32,000 bases of DNA from Haloferax volcanii DS2. Lineage in GTDB: Archaea > Halobacteriota > Halobacteria > Halobacteriales > Haloferacaceae. Both the position numbers and the translations under genes were made by a program. Of the stretch, positions 24,548 to 32,000 are shown in pieces; position 1 is the first letter of the stretch; each line of letters begins with the position of its first letter. A model generated the notes under the pieces. The model saw only the letters and a program-made list of their open reading frames with translations, did not search any database and was not told the DNA's origin. The stretch is from positions 120,001 to 152,000 of the forward strand of contig NC_013964.1 in assembly GCF_000025685.1 (NCBI RefSeq), written 5' to 3'.

Positions 24548-24955
24548 ATGGACTATGTCAACGAAGGCGACACGGTCGTCGTCAGGCTGGACCCCGGCGA
24601 ACAGGTCCTCGACTCGCTGGCCGCGGTGCGCGACGAACTCGACATCGAACACGGCTTTCTCACGGGTATCGGCGCGGTCGACGCCGTCACGCTCGGCCAC
24701 TACGACGTGGACGACCAGGAGTACCTCGAAGAGGAGTTCACGGGCCAGTTCGAGGTGACGAGCTTCCTCGGCAACATCGGCCCCGACAAGATTCACACGC
24801 ACATTCAGGTCGGCACTCGCGACTTCGAGACGCTCGGCGGCCACTGTTCCGGCGCGCGCGTCTCCGGGACGTTCGAGGTGGTCATCCACCTCGGCGAGAC
24901 GCCGCTGACCCACCACCTCGACGAGCGGACCGGCCTCGACGTGTTCGACATCTGA
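24548..24955 (+). CDS. PPC (DUF296) domain protein, putative DNA-binding
   Basis: 135 aa from ATG 24548. The pattern VVVRLDPGEQVL..L, EVTSFLGNI, HTHIQVG, LGGHC and TFEVVI matches the PPC/DUF296 fold. Confidence 0.8.
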   Translation: MDYVNEGDTVVVRLDPGEQVLDSLAAVRDELDIEHGFLTGIGAVDAVTLGHYDVDDQEYLEEEFTGQFEVTSFLGNIGPDKIHTHIQVGTRDFETLGGHCSGARVSGTFEVVIHLGETPLTHHLDERTGLDVFDI

Positions 24956-24999
24956 GCCGGCCCGGACCGAGCCGAGCCGGACTGAATCGAACTGAATCG

Positions 25000-25038
25000 G
25001 ACCGAGCGCGTCGCGGTGCGGACGCTCGGTCGCTTTTT
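25000..25038 (+). terminator. Hairpin plus T5 terminator after the PPC gene
   Basis: GACCGAGCG (25000-25008) pairs perfectly with CGCTCGGTC (25023-25031), followed by GCTTTTT (T5 at 25034-25038). It is preceded by the direct repeat ACTGAATCG x2 (24981-24999). Confidence 0.5.
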
Positions 25039-25116
25039 CCCACGCCTGCCGTGAGTCGAGAGCGTCGCGTCCGTCGGCTGGTGTGAGGCAGTTCGGAGAA
25101 AGAAAAGACGGCGCTG

Positions 25117-25201
25117 TCGGGGCGTCGGCCGGTGGTGGAGGGCCGAAGCGAGGGGGGCCGGAGGGCGAGGGCGTGTGTCGGCGGACTGGCCGACGCCCCG
25201 A
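25117..25201. other. Long perfect-stem hairpin in an ORF-free GC-rich region (candidate structured RNA or repeat element)
   Basis: TCGGGGCGTCGGCC (25117-25130) is the exact reverse complement of GGCCGACGCCCCGA (25188-25201), with a 57-nt G-rich loop. Further nested stems lie at 25231-25239/25286-25294 and 25258-25264/25275-25281. Confidence 0.3.
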
Positions 25202-25515
25202 GCGCACCGAACGAGGGTTCCGGGGGTTGTCCGCCGACGCGGGTTCCGCCGCGGAGACGCGACCGGGGACCGCTGGTCGCGCCGCCGTCGGCGGGTCGCA
25301 ACCGCCGGTGCGTTGGAGGGCGCGGCCGGCGGCAACTATTCGTAGTCGACATCCCACATTGGCGGTTTCTCGGTTACTACCGTTACTTACGTGAGTAGCG
25401 TGAATAACGTGTATTCTCCGGAAGTTCGGGGTTACGGGCGTTCTCTCGTTCGCCTCCGGACGAATCACCCAATCGAATGACTTTCGACGCGGGGGGTCGT
25501 GGCCGAGAGTGACAG

Positions 25516-26379
25516 ATGAAACGACACCTCCGCGTTCACATCGTCCCCCTGTGGCGCGAACACGACCGCATCGTCGGCCCCATCGAGGACGACCGACCGG
25601 ACAAGGTCTACCTCCTCGAACACGAGGACTCCGCGGTCGAGCGCCCGACCTACCACGAGGCGGTCGTCGACCGCATCGCCGACGTAGTCGGTTCTCCGCC
25701 CGACGTCGAATACTTGGACCTCTTCGATATGTACGAGGTGATGGGCGCGGTTACGACCATCGCCGACTGGCACCCCGACGACTTCGTCCGCGTCAACGTC
25801 ACCGCCGGCACCAAGCGCGCGGCCGTCGGCGCGACGATGGCCTGCATGGACGAACACACCGACGCCGAACCGTACGTCGTCGACCCCGAGGTCCGGCCGC
25901 ACGGCCTCGACGCGCCGGTCACGGAGGGCTTCGCGCAGGCGTCGCTCCTGACGACCTACCAAATCGACTCGCCGTCTCCCGACCAGGTCGCCGCGCTCGC
26001 CATCATCGAGGCCCACGACACCGACGCCAAGCACGCGAAAAAGAAGACGCTCATCACCGAGGCGGCCCGCTACGGCCTCGAGTTCATGCGCGGCCGCGTC
26101 GACGGCGAGGCCGACGACTACGACCCCGTCACCGGCGACTACAACGTCCTCGACAACCGCGTCACCGCGACGCTCGAACATCAGGGCTACGTCACGGTCA
26201 CCCAGCGCGGTACTCGCCGCTATCTCGAACTCACGGAGGAGGGGCGACAGACGCTCCGCGCGTTCCGCCACCGGGCCGAATCGGTCGTCTCGGACCTCGA
26301 AGCGCGGACCGACGACCCGTCCGAGAGCGTCGATTTCGCCCTCGACAACCCGGTCGACGCGCTCGTGGAGAATCGGTAG
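25516..26379 (+). CDS. Csa3/CARF-like Rossmann domain fused to a winged-helix DNA-binding domain (putative ligand-sensing regulator)
   Basis: 287 aa. The N-terminus (LRVHIVPLW..DKVYLL..VNVTAGTKRAAVGATMAC) has the same strand/loop pattern as Sulfolobus Csa3 as I recall it. C-terminal wHTH is LEHQGYVTVTQRGTRRYLELTEEGRQTL. Confidence 0.8.
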   Translation: MKRHLRVHIVPLWREHDRIVGPIEDDRPDKVYLLEHEDSAVERPTYHEAVVDRIADVVGSPPDVEYLDLFDMYEVMGAVTTIADWHPDDFVRVNVTAGTKRAAVGATMACMDEHTDAEPYVVDPEVRPHGLDAPVTEGFAQASLLTTYQIDSPSPDQVAALAIIEAHDTDAKHAKKKTLITEAARYGLEFMRGRVDGEADDYDPVTGDYNVLDNRVTATLEHQGYVTVTQRGTRRYLELTEEGRQTLRAFRHRAESVVSDLEARTDDPSESVDFALDNPVDALVENR

Positions 26380-26477
26380 GGCGAGTTGCCCTCGCGGTTA
26401 CTGCCTCCGCCGCTCCCCGGCCGCCCCGCCGCTTCGAGGGGAACTGTTAGTACGGTCGCGACACGAGCCAGATATGT

Positions 26478-27707
26478 ATGCCCTCCAACATGCACACGCG
26501 CAGAGCCGTTCTCGCGGCCGGCGGGGCGACCGCTCTGGCGTCGCTCTCTGGCTGTGTCGGCCGCGCGCTCGGTGCCCTCGACCTTGAGCGAGACTATCGG
26601 CGCGACGCGCCCGTCGGCGACGTGACGGGCGCGTGGCCGACCGCCCAGCACGACTTCGCCAACACCGGTTACACGACCGACTCCGGCCCCTCGGCTGACG
26701 CGAGCGTCGAACGAATCGCGTCGGGCGACGCCGCGCTCGCCACGTCAGTCGCCCTCGCCGACGGGCGCGGCGTGCTCGGCCACAGCGACGGCGACGGCGA
26801 GGACGGCGTCTATCGCGCGCTCGACCTCGATTCCGAAACCGCCCCCGCCGAGTCCGACGACGCGTGGACTATCGATTACGCGCACGGCAAGTCCACGCCC
26901 ACGCTCGCCGGCGACGCGATGTTCGTCTCGACCGCCGAGTTCGTCGCGGCTTACGACGCCCGGACCGGCGAGCGGTGCTGGCGGACGACCGAGGGCGGCT
27001 ACGGGACCCCCGAAAACGCGCCGGTGCTCGCCGCGGAGACGCTCGTCGACGGCGGGAGCGCGCCCGTCTTCGGGCGAGACCCCGAGACTGGGGCGGAGCA
27101 ATGGTGCTACGACGCCGGCGAGGCGTATCCCGGACTCGTCGCCCGCGACGGCGTCGTCTACACGCCAATCGGCGCTGACCACGAACAGACCGGCGTCGCC
27201 GCGCTCGATGCCGCCACCGGCGAGGAGCGATGGCGGCGCGAGGACCTCCCGCAGAGCGGCGTCCCGCTCGCGGTGGGCGGCTCTCACCTGTACTACAACG
27301 CCCACCGCGGGAACGTGTTCGCTCTCGCCCTCGAAGACGGGTCGACGCAGTGGCAGGCGTCGATTCCGCTCCCGGAGAACGGCAGTCCGCGGACCGCCGT
27401 CGCGGGCGACACGGTCCACGCCCAGACCTCGCGGGGGAGCCTCGCCGCGTTCGACGCCGCCGACGGCGCGACGAAGTGGACGCTGTCGCTCGATGCGGAT
27501 ACGTTCGCCCGACCGCCGGTCGTCGCCGGCGACACCCGCTTCGTGGGGAGCGACGACCGTCTCTACGCGGTTTCGGCGGCGTCCGGTGAGAACCTGTGGT
27601 CGACGGCGCTCGACGCCCGACCGTCGGGCGGCCTGTCGGTCCGCGGGTCTGAACTCTACTTCGCCGGGATGGGTCGGAACCCCGGCGTGTTCCGCGTGGC
27701 GGACTGA
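26478..27707 (+). CDS. Secreted PQQ-like (BamB-type) beta-propeller repeat lipoprotein
   Basis: Tat motif TRRAVL and lipobox LSGC at the N-terminus. Repeated blades of the form G..Y......l.A.D...G...W. Confidence 0.85.
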   Translation: MPSNMHTRRAVLAAGGATALASLSGCVGRALGALDLERDYRRDAPVGDVTGAWPTAQHDFANTGYTTDSGPSADASVERIASGDAALATSVALADGRGVLGHSDGDGEDGVYRALDLDSETAPAESDDAWTIDYAHGKSTPTLAGDAMFVSTAEFVAAYDARTGERCWRTTEGGYGTPENAPVLAAETLVDGGSAPVFGRDPETGAEQWCYDAGEAYPGLVARDGVVYTPIGADHEQTGVAALDAATGEERWRREDLPQSGVPLAVGGSHLYYNAHRGNVFALALEDGSTQWQASIPLPENGSPRTAVAGDTVHAQTSRGSLAAFDAADGATKWTLSLDADTFARPPVVAGDTRFVGSDDRLYAVSAASGENLWSTALDARPSGGLSVRGSELYFAGMGRNPGVFRVAD

Positions 27708-27762
27708 CGCCCACTCGTCGCCGCCGATTGCGTTTCGCGCCGACCGACGATGCCACCTCCCG

Positions 27763-29388
27763 TCAGTCGAACGTGTACGTCCGGTATCGTCGAATCGCGT
27801 AGCGGTACGAGCCGTAGGAGACGCCGACGGTCACCAGAAGGTACAGCCCGACTCCGGCGGCGAGAAGCGGCGTCGGAGCGAGGTGCCCGGTGACGCCGAA
27901 CCACGTCGCGACGAGGCCGATGACGGTTCCGGGGCCGACGACGAACATGAACGCCATCAGCACGAGCGTCGAGGGGACGACCGTGGTCGCACCCCAGAAC
28001 TCGCGTTCCTCGTATATCGGGTAGGCCGCGCCGATGCCGACCGAGAAGGTCGCGGCGGCGAGGCACATGCACACGCCGACGAGCGCGAAGCCGACCGCGG
28101 ACAGCGGCGACGTACCGAGGGCGACGGTCACCAGCGGGAGCGCCGCCGCGACCGGAGCGCCGAGAAGCACACCGGCGAGGACGCGTCCGCGGACCAGCGT
28201 TCGCGGCGCGGTGGCGGTCAACAGCAACATCGGGAACTGCGGGCGGTCGTCGCCGACGGGGTTGAGGCCGAACGTCGCGCCCGCGAGATAGGTTCCGAGG
28301 CCGGCCCCGCTCGCGGCGAGTATCGGTCCGAGGCCGTCGGCCGAGGACTGGACGATGGTCGTCCCGAGCGGGCCGAGGAAGAACACCAGCATGACGAGGT
28401 GCGTGAACTGCTGGGGGTGGCGGACGCCGCGGACGAGCAGGCCCCACGCGACGTTGCCGCCGTTCGTCCCAGCGAGCGGCTTCGGCGTCGAGAAGCCGCC
28501 GGCAGACTCGTCAGCCTTCGCGCTCGCCGCCGAGCCTCGGTCGCCCCCGGGCGCGCGGTCGGTGAACCAGAGCGCGCTCGCCTGCCGGGTGGCGACGACG
28601 AGGCCGAGAGGCGTGAGCGCGGCGATGGCTGCGAAGGTGGCGACGGCGGCCGCCGAGAACGGTCGGGCGAGCGGGGTGCCGACGAATGCGAGCGCGAGGT
28701 AGTCGGTGAGCGGACCGAACGTCAGCGTCGCCGCCAGCGTGTCAACCGGAAGCGACCCATCGCCCAGCAACCGGCCGAACGCCTGCGAGACGAGGACGAA
28801 CGCGGCCATCGCGACGAAGCCGACGACCTTGAGAACGCGCCGGACGCCGGGCAGACGCTTGAAGCCGCGGAGCACGGCAACGCCGGCGGCGTAGCCCCAG
28901 ACGGTCGTACAGCACGCGAGCGGGACGACGACGACAGTCGTCGTGAGCAGCAGCGACGGCGCGCCGAGCCCGGCCGTGAACGTCGCGGCGACGACCGCAA
29001 TCGGGAGTCCGAACCAGAGGGCGATTCGGGCGATTTCGGCCGTGATGAGTCCGATGACGACGGCCCGCGGGTGGACCGTGGTCAGCACGAGCGACTCGTG
29101 TTCGACGCGGCCGATTCGTTCGAGCGTTCGGAACGTCGCGAGGAGCGTGAGCACCACGGGCACCGCGGTGGCGACGAGGCCGAAGAGGGGAATCTCGGTC
29201 ACGGACTGCGCGCTCCGACCGGCGACGTAGACGGCCGGGAGCGAAAACAGGAGGCTGCCCCCGAAGAACAACAGGAGCAACAAGAGGCCGACGACTCGGC
29301 GCGTCTCGGAGGTGTACCCCCGGATACTCCGAACGAACTCGGCGCGCCCGATTCGGAGGCCGCGGCGAACGTCTCGTCGGAGGCTCAT
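27763..29388 (-). CDS. ABC exporter permease, large polytopic (about 12 predicted hydrophobic spans)
   Basis: 541-aa hydrophobic ORF. The start overlaps the upstream ATPase stop by 4 nt (29385-29388). No family motif recognised beyond topology and context. Confidence 0.8.
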   Translation of the reverse strand: MSLRRDVRRGLRIGRAEFVRSIRGYTSETRRVVGLLLLLLFFGGSLLFSLPAVYVAGRSAQSVTEIPLFGLVATAVPVVLTLLATFRTLERIGRVEHESLVLTTVHPRAVVIGLITAEIARIALWFGLPIAVVAATFTAGLGAPSLLLTTTVVVVPLACCTTVWGYAAGVAVLRGFKRLPGVRRVLKVVGFVAMAAFVLVSQAFGRLLGDGSLPVDTLAATLTFGPLTDYLALAFVGTPLARPFSAAAVATFAAIAALTPLGLVVATRQASALWFTDRAPGGDRGSAASAKADESAGGFSTPKPLAGTNGGNVAWGLLVRGVRHPQQFTHLVMLVFFLGPLGTTIVQSSADGLGPILAASGAGLGTYLAGATFGLNPVGDDRPQFPMLLLTATAPRTLVRGRVLAGVLLGAPVAAALPLVTVALGTSPLSAVGFALVGVCMCLAAATFSVGIGAAYPIYEEREFWGATTVVPSTLVLMAFMFVVGPGTVIGLVATWFGVTGHLAPTPLLAAGVGLYLLVTVGVSYGSYRYAIRRYRTYTFD

Positions 29389-30161
29389 TCGTCGGTGGCA
29401 CCCGACAGCTGCGGTTCGTCGCTCGTGACCGCGAGGAACGCGTCTTCGAGCGAGCCTTCGCCGCCCGTCTGGGCGCGCGATTTCACCTCGTCGGGCGTCC
29501 CCTCGGCGACGACGCGGCCGTCGAACAGGACGCCGACCTCGTCGGCGACGGCCTCGACCACGGGCAGGATGTGCGTCGAGAGGAAGACGGTCGCCCCCGA
29601 GTCGGCCACGTCGCCGATGGAGGTCCGAATCTGCCGCGCTGCGCGGGGGTCGAGTCCCGAGGTCGGCTCGTCGAGAAACAGCACGTCCGGGTCGTGGAGC
29701 ACGCTCTGGATGAACGCGGTCTTCTGTTTCATCCCCTTGGAGTACGTGCCGATGCGCTTGTTCGCGTCGCCGACGAGGTCGAACTGGTCGAGGAGGTCGT
29801 CGATGCGCGCCTCGGCGGTCTCCGACGAGATGTCGCGGAGGTCAGCGACGTAGTCGAGCTGCTCGCGGGCGCTGAACTCGTCGTACAGCGGCGGCGTCTC
29901 CGGGAGGTAGCCGACGTGCGGCGCGAGTTTCCCGCGGTCGCTCGCGTCGAGGCCGCAGATGCGGACCGACCCCGAGGTGGGCTGTGACAGCCCCGTCAGG
30001 ATGCGCATCGTCGTCGTCTTCCCCGCGCCGTTCGGCCCGAGAAAGCCGTACACCGTTCCGCTCGGAATCGACAGCGAGACGCCGTCGAGCGCGACCTCGG
30101 AGCCGTAGGCCTTCCTGAGGTCGGTCGCTTCGACCGCGGCGTCCGCGTTCGTGGAGGGCAT
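29385..30161 (-). CDS. ABC transporter ATP-binding protein (ABC-2/DrrA-like exporter ATPase)
   Basis: Walker A GPNGAGKTT, signature YSKGMKQK, Walker B VLFLDEPTSGLD, H-loop FLSTHIL. Confidence 0.95.
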   Translation of the reverse strand: MPSTNADAAVEATDLRKAYGSEVALDGVSLSIPSGTVYGFLGPNGAGKTTTMRILTGLSQPTSGSVRICGLDASDRGKLAPHVGYLPETPPLYDEFSAREQLDYVADLRDISSETAEARIDDLLDQFDLVGDANKRIGTYSKGMKQKTAFIQSVLHDPDVLFLDEPTSGLDPRAARQIRTSIGDVADSGATVFLSTHILPVVEAVADEVGVLFDGRVVAEGTPDEVKSRAQTGGEGSLEDAFLAVTSDEPQLSGATDE

Positions 30162-30247
30162 GGGACGAGCCTCGATTCACTCTCCGGACGCGTAATGGTT
30201 GCGGCTTGACACACGGGCAACAGAAACGCGTCGATTCGCCCGCCGTC

Positions 30248-31114
30248 TCAGGGAGTCGTCGTCTCGGGGTTCGTCGGGCGAATCGACCGGTAGAACGCGG
30301 TCGAGTACGCGGCGAAGAAGCCGCCGATGAGGCCGCTGACGAGCACGAGTCCGACCGCGACGGCGACCATGCCGACGACGCCGATTGCCGGGAGGCTCGA
30401 AAACGCCGACGCGGCGGGCGCACCGCTTCCCGGGCCGGCCACCGCGGTCCCCTGATGCCGGAGCGACGGGGTGAGGAGGAGCGAGGCCACGCCGCCGAAC
30501 ACGCCGGCGACGAGGCCGCCGAGGCCGACGATGACCGAGTAGCCGAAGACCGATACGAGGTTGTTTCTGACGCAGGCGACGCTCCGCTTGACGCCGTCGA
30601 CCGCGCCGAGGTCGTCGATGACGATGGCGTGGCCGAAGAACTGCACGACGAACGCCACGGCGAGGTAGGTGAGCACGACGGCGAGGACGACGATGGCCAG
30701 AATCGCGAGCCCGACCGTGCCCAACTCGATTCCGCTCCCGAGGACGGCGAGGCCGACGAACACCGCGGCGAAGCCGCCGACGAACGACAACACGAGGTTG
30801 ACGACGAGCAGGCTGAAGTAGACGACGAGCAGCGAGACGTAGTGCGACTTCCCCTCGCTGACGAGCGTGCCGAGCGAGGTGCGACCGTCGATAGCTTCGT
30901 TGGCCATGCCGAGGACCCCGCCGAGGAAAAACGGGATGACGAATACCGTGACCCCGCTGAAGACCAGCGAGACGATGCCGCCGACGAGCGGGCCGACCGC
31001 CTGTGCGAACAGCGACGGGAGTTGGACGAGGCTGAACGCCATGGCGACGACGAACAGTATCGGGTTCCGTCTGAGAGAGCCGGCGGCTGTGCCGATGGAT
31101 TGGAGGGCTGCCAT
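30248..31114 (-). CDS. Polytopic membrane protein of unknown function
   Basis: Start taken at ATG 31114 (MAALQSIGTAAGSLRRNPILFVV). The 59 codons upstream in the ORF track are non-hydrophobic, R-rich and overlap the hydrolase stop. About 7 hydrophobic spans. Weak TATA-like ACATTCTTT on the minus strand about 30 nt upstream. Confidence 0.75.
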   Translation of the reverse strand: MAALQSIGTAAGSLRRNPILFVVAMAFSLVQLPSLFAQAVGPLVGGIVSLVFSGVTVFVIPFFLGGVLGMANEAIDGRTSLGTLVSEGKSHYVSLLVVYFSLLVVNLVLSFVGGFAAVFVGLAVLGSGIELGTVGLAILAIVVLAVVLTYLAVAFVVQFFGHAIVIDDLGAVDGVKRSVACVRNNLVSVFGYSVIVGLGGLVAGVFGGVASLLLTPSLRHQGTAVAGPGSGAPAASAFSSLPAIGVVGMVAVAVGLVLVSGLIGGFFAAYSTAFYRSIRPTNPETTTP

Positions 31115-31268
31115 ACCGCCCACGTCGCGGTACCGCACAAAGAATGTTGGGTTGACAGGTCGTCCCTCCCGTCCCCGGTCTCCGACCCACAACTCGGTCG
31201 TTGACGAACGGGAGGCGGCCCGTGTTGCCGAGACCGCGATTACGCGTGTACCCGTGTAATCGGCGCTT

Positions 31269-32000
31269 TCACGGGAGACCGGCTCGGTCACGAAGGAACG
31301 CGTCGACCGCGGCCGCGACCCGCTCGGGGTCGTCGCCGGGGCCGCCGTGGCCGAGCGCGTCGAACTCGACGAACCGACTGGTCGGGAGGGCGTCGTGGAC
31401 GTTTCGGGCGCTCTCGCGGAGGAAGTCGGGACCGTCGGTGCCGGCCAAGACCACGGCCGGCGCGTCCACGTCCAAGCGGGCCGGAAGCCGGTACTGCTCG
31501 ACCGCGCGGTTCATCCGGACGACCTCCTCGGCGAGGGCGACGCAGTCGGGCCAGACGGGCCATTCGTCGAGCCACGCGTCGAGGTCGTCGATGCCGTCGG
31601 GGTGGAGCACCTGCTCGACGTAGCGTTTGACCGCCTCGCGCCGCTGTCCCGCCTCCACGAGCGCGGCCATGCGCTCCGAGAGGTTCGCCTCGGTTCGGTT
31701 CGCTTCCGGGAGTACCGCCGGTTCGTAGGCGGCGACGGCGGCCACCCGCGCGTCGGTCGCCGCTTCGAGGGCGGTGAGCGCGCCGTAGGAGTGACCGAAC
31801 AGCACCGGGTCGCGCCCGGTCGCCGCGCGAATCCCGTCGACGAGTTCGCGGACGCACTCGACCTCGCGCTCCAGCACCGCCTCGGCGGGCGTCGTCTCGG
31901 CGTCGTCCAGACAGGTGCCGAACCCGGGTCGCTCCGGGACGACGACCTCGTAGTCCCCGAGGTGCGGGACGACCGGGTCCCAGAACGCCGGCGGTGCCAT
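31269..32000 (-). CDS. Alpha/beta-fold hydrolase (N-terminus outside the window)
   Basis: Nucleophile elbow FGHSYGA, followed by a lid region and a C-terminal GHGGP (His) motif. The Met at 32000 is probably internal, because the oxyanion HG region is missing. Confidence 0.85.
   Translation of the reverse strand: MAPPAFWDPVVPHLGDYEVVVPERPGFGTCLDDAETTPAEAVLEREVECVRELVDGIRAATGRDPVLFGHSYGALTALEAATDARVAAVAAYEPAVLPEANRTEANLSERMAALVEAGQRREAVKRYVEQVLHPDGIDDLDAWLDEWPVWPDCVALAEEVVRMNRAVEQYRLPARLDVDAPAVVLAGTDGPDFLRESARNVHDALPTSRFVEFDALGHGGPGDDPERVAAAVDAFLRDRAGLP

Noticed and set aside
25117-25330. GC-rich structured region considered as SRP (7S) RNA or another known housekeeping RNA
   Set aside because: I could not find the conserved helix-8/helix-6 features (GNAR-capped stem with the AGCA/GGAA-type asymmetric loops) or an Alu-domain-like 5' end. 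It remains only an unclassified structured-region candidate.
27208-29853. 881-aa plus-strand ORF, the longest in the window
   Set aside because: It is antisense to the ABC exporter genes. The product is extremely Arg/Gly/Glu-rich low complexity with no motifs, unlike the acidic proteome. This is the typical stop-free antisense frame of GC-rich genes.
1-32000. Mobile elements, integrases, toxin-antitoxin pairs, restriction-modification genes or known defence genes
   Set aside because: I scanned all ORFs of 60 aa or more on both strands and saw no transposase DDE, tyrosine-recombinase, PIN, HEPN, methyltransferase or nuclease signatures. One 34-53-aa minus-strand peptide at about 10440-10600 contains a VLDT motif, but it is too short and too degenerate to call a PIN relic.

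Overview
High-GC archaeal DNA with the hallmarks of a haloarchaeon (class Halobacteria): very acidic predicted proteins, twin-arginine plus lipobox signal peptides, TATA boxes about 27 bp upstream of start codons (leaderless mRNAs), oligo-T terminators, and many long stop-free antisense ORFs that are artefacts of GC-rich, GAN-codon-rich genes. I found no rRNA, tRNA, CRISPR array, transposase or integrase. All family calls come from motif and architecture recognition by eye; no searches were run. Layout: (A) 1-10067, plus strand. An intact IclR-associated sugar-acid catabolic cluster: a CUT1-type ABC importer, a Zn-dehydrogenase, an L-rhamnonate-dehydratase-like enolase-superfamily enzyme, an LLM oxidoreductase, IclR, an FAH-family hydrolase and an SDR. 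It resembles the non-phosphorylative diketo-hydrolase route for L-rhamnose or another 6-deoxyhexose. (B) 10068-13643. A 791-bp low-GC ORF-free spacer, followed by a self-contained two-gene module. The first gene encodes a 208-aa protein with a C-terminal Cys4 zinc ribbon (RdfA-like). The second encodes a 649-aa SMC/Rad50-architecture protein with a CxxC hook at the coiled-coil apex, in which Walker A, Walker B and the signature motif are all non-canonical. This is my top candidate for an unusual or poorly understood system. (C) 13644-23975. A second IclR-associated cluster: AbgB-type M20 amidohydrolase, creatininase, Dpp/Opp-type ABC importer, PuuE/NodB-like deacetylase, LLM oxidoreductase and SDR. 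It carries at least five independent lesions: three in-frame catalytic-core deletions (one gene also 5'-truncated), one in-frame TAA, and one lost start codon. (D) 24000-27707. A repeat-containing AT-rich spacer, a PPC/DUF296 protein, a 560-bp ORF-free GC-rich region with a perfect 14-bp stem, an orphan Csa3/CARF-like wHTH regulator, and a Tat-lipoprotein PQQ-like beta-propeller. (E) 27763-32000, minus strand. An ABC exporter (ATPase plus a large polytopic permease), a polytopic membrane protein and a partial alpha/beta hydrolase.
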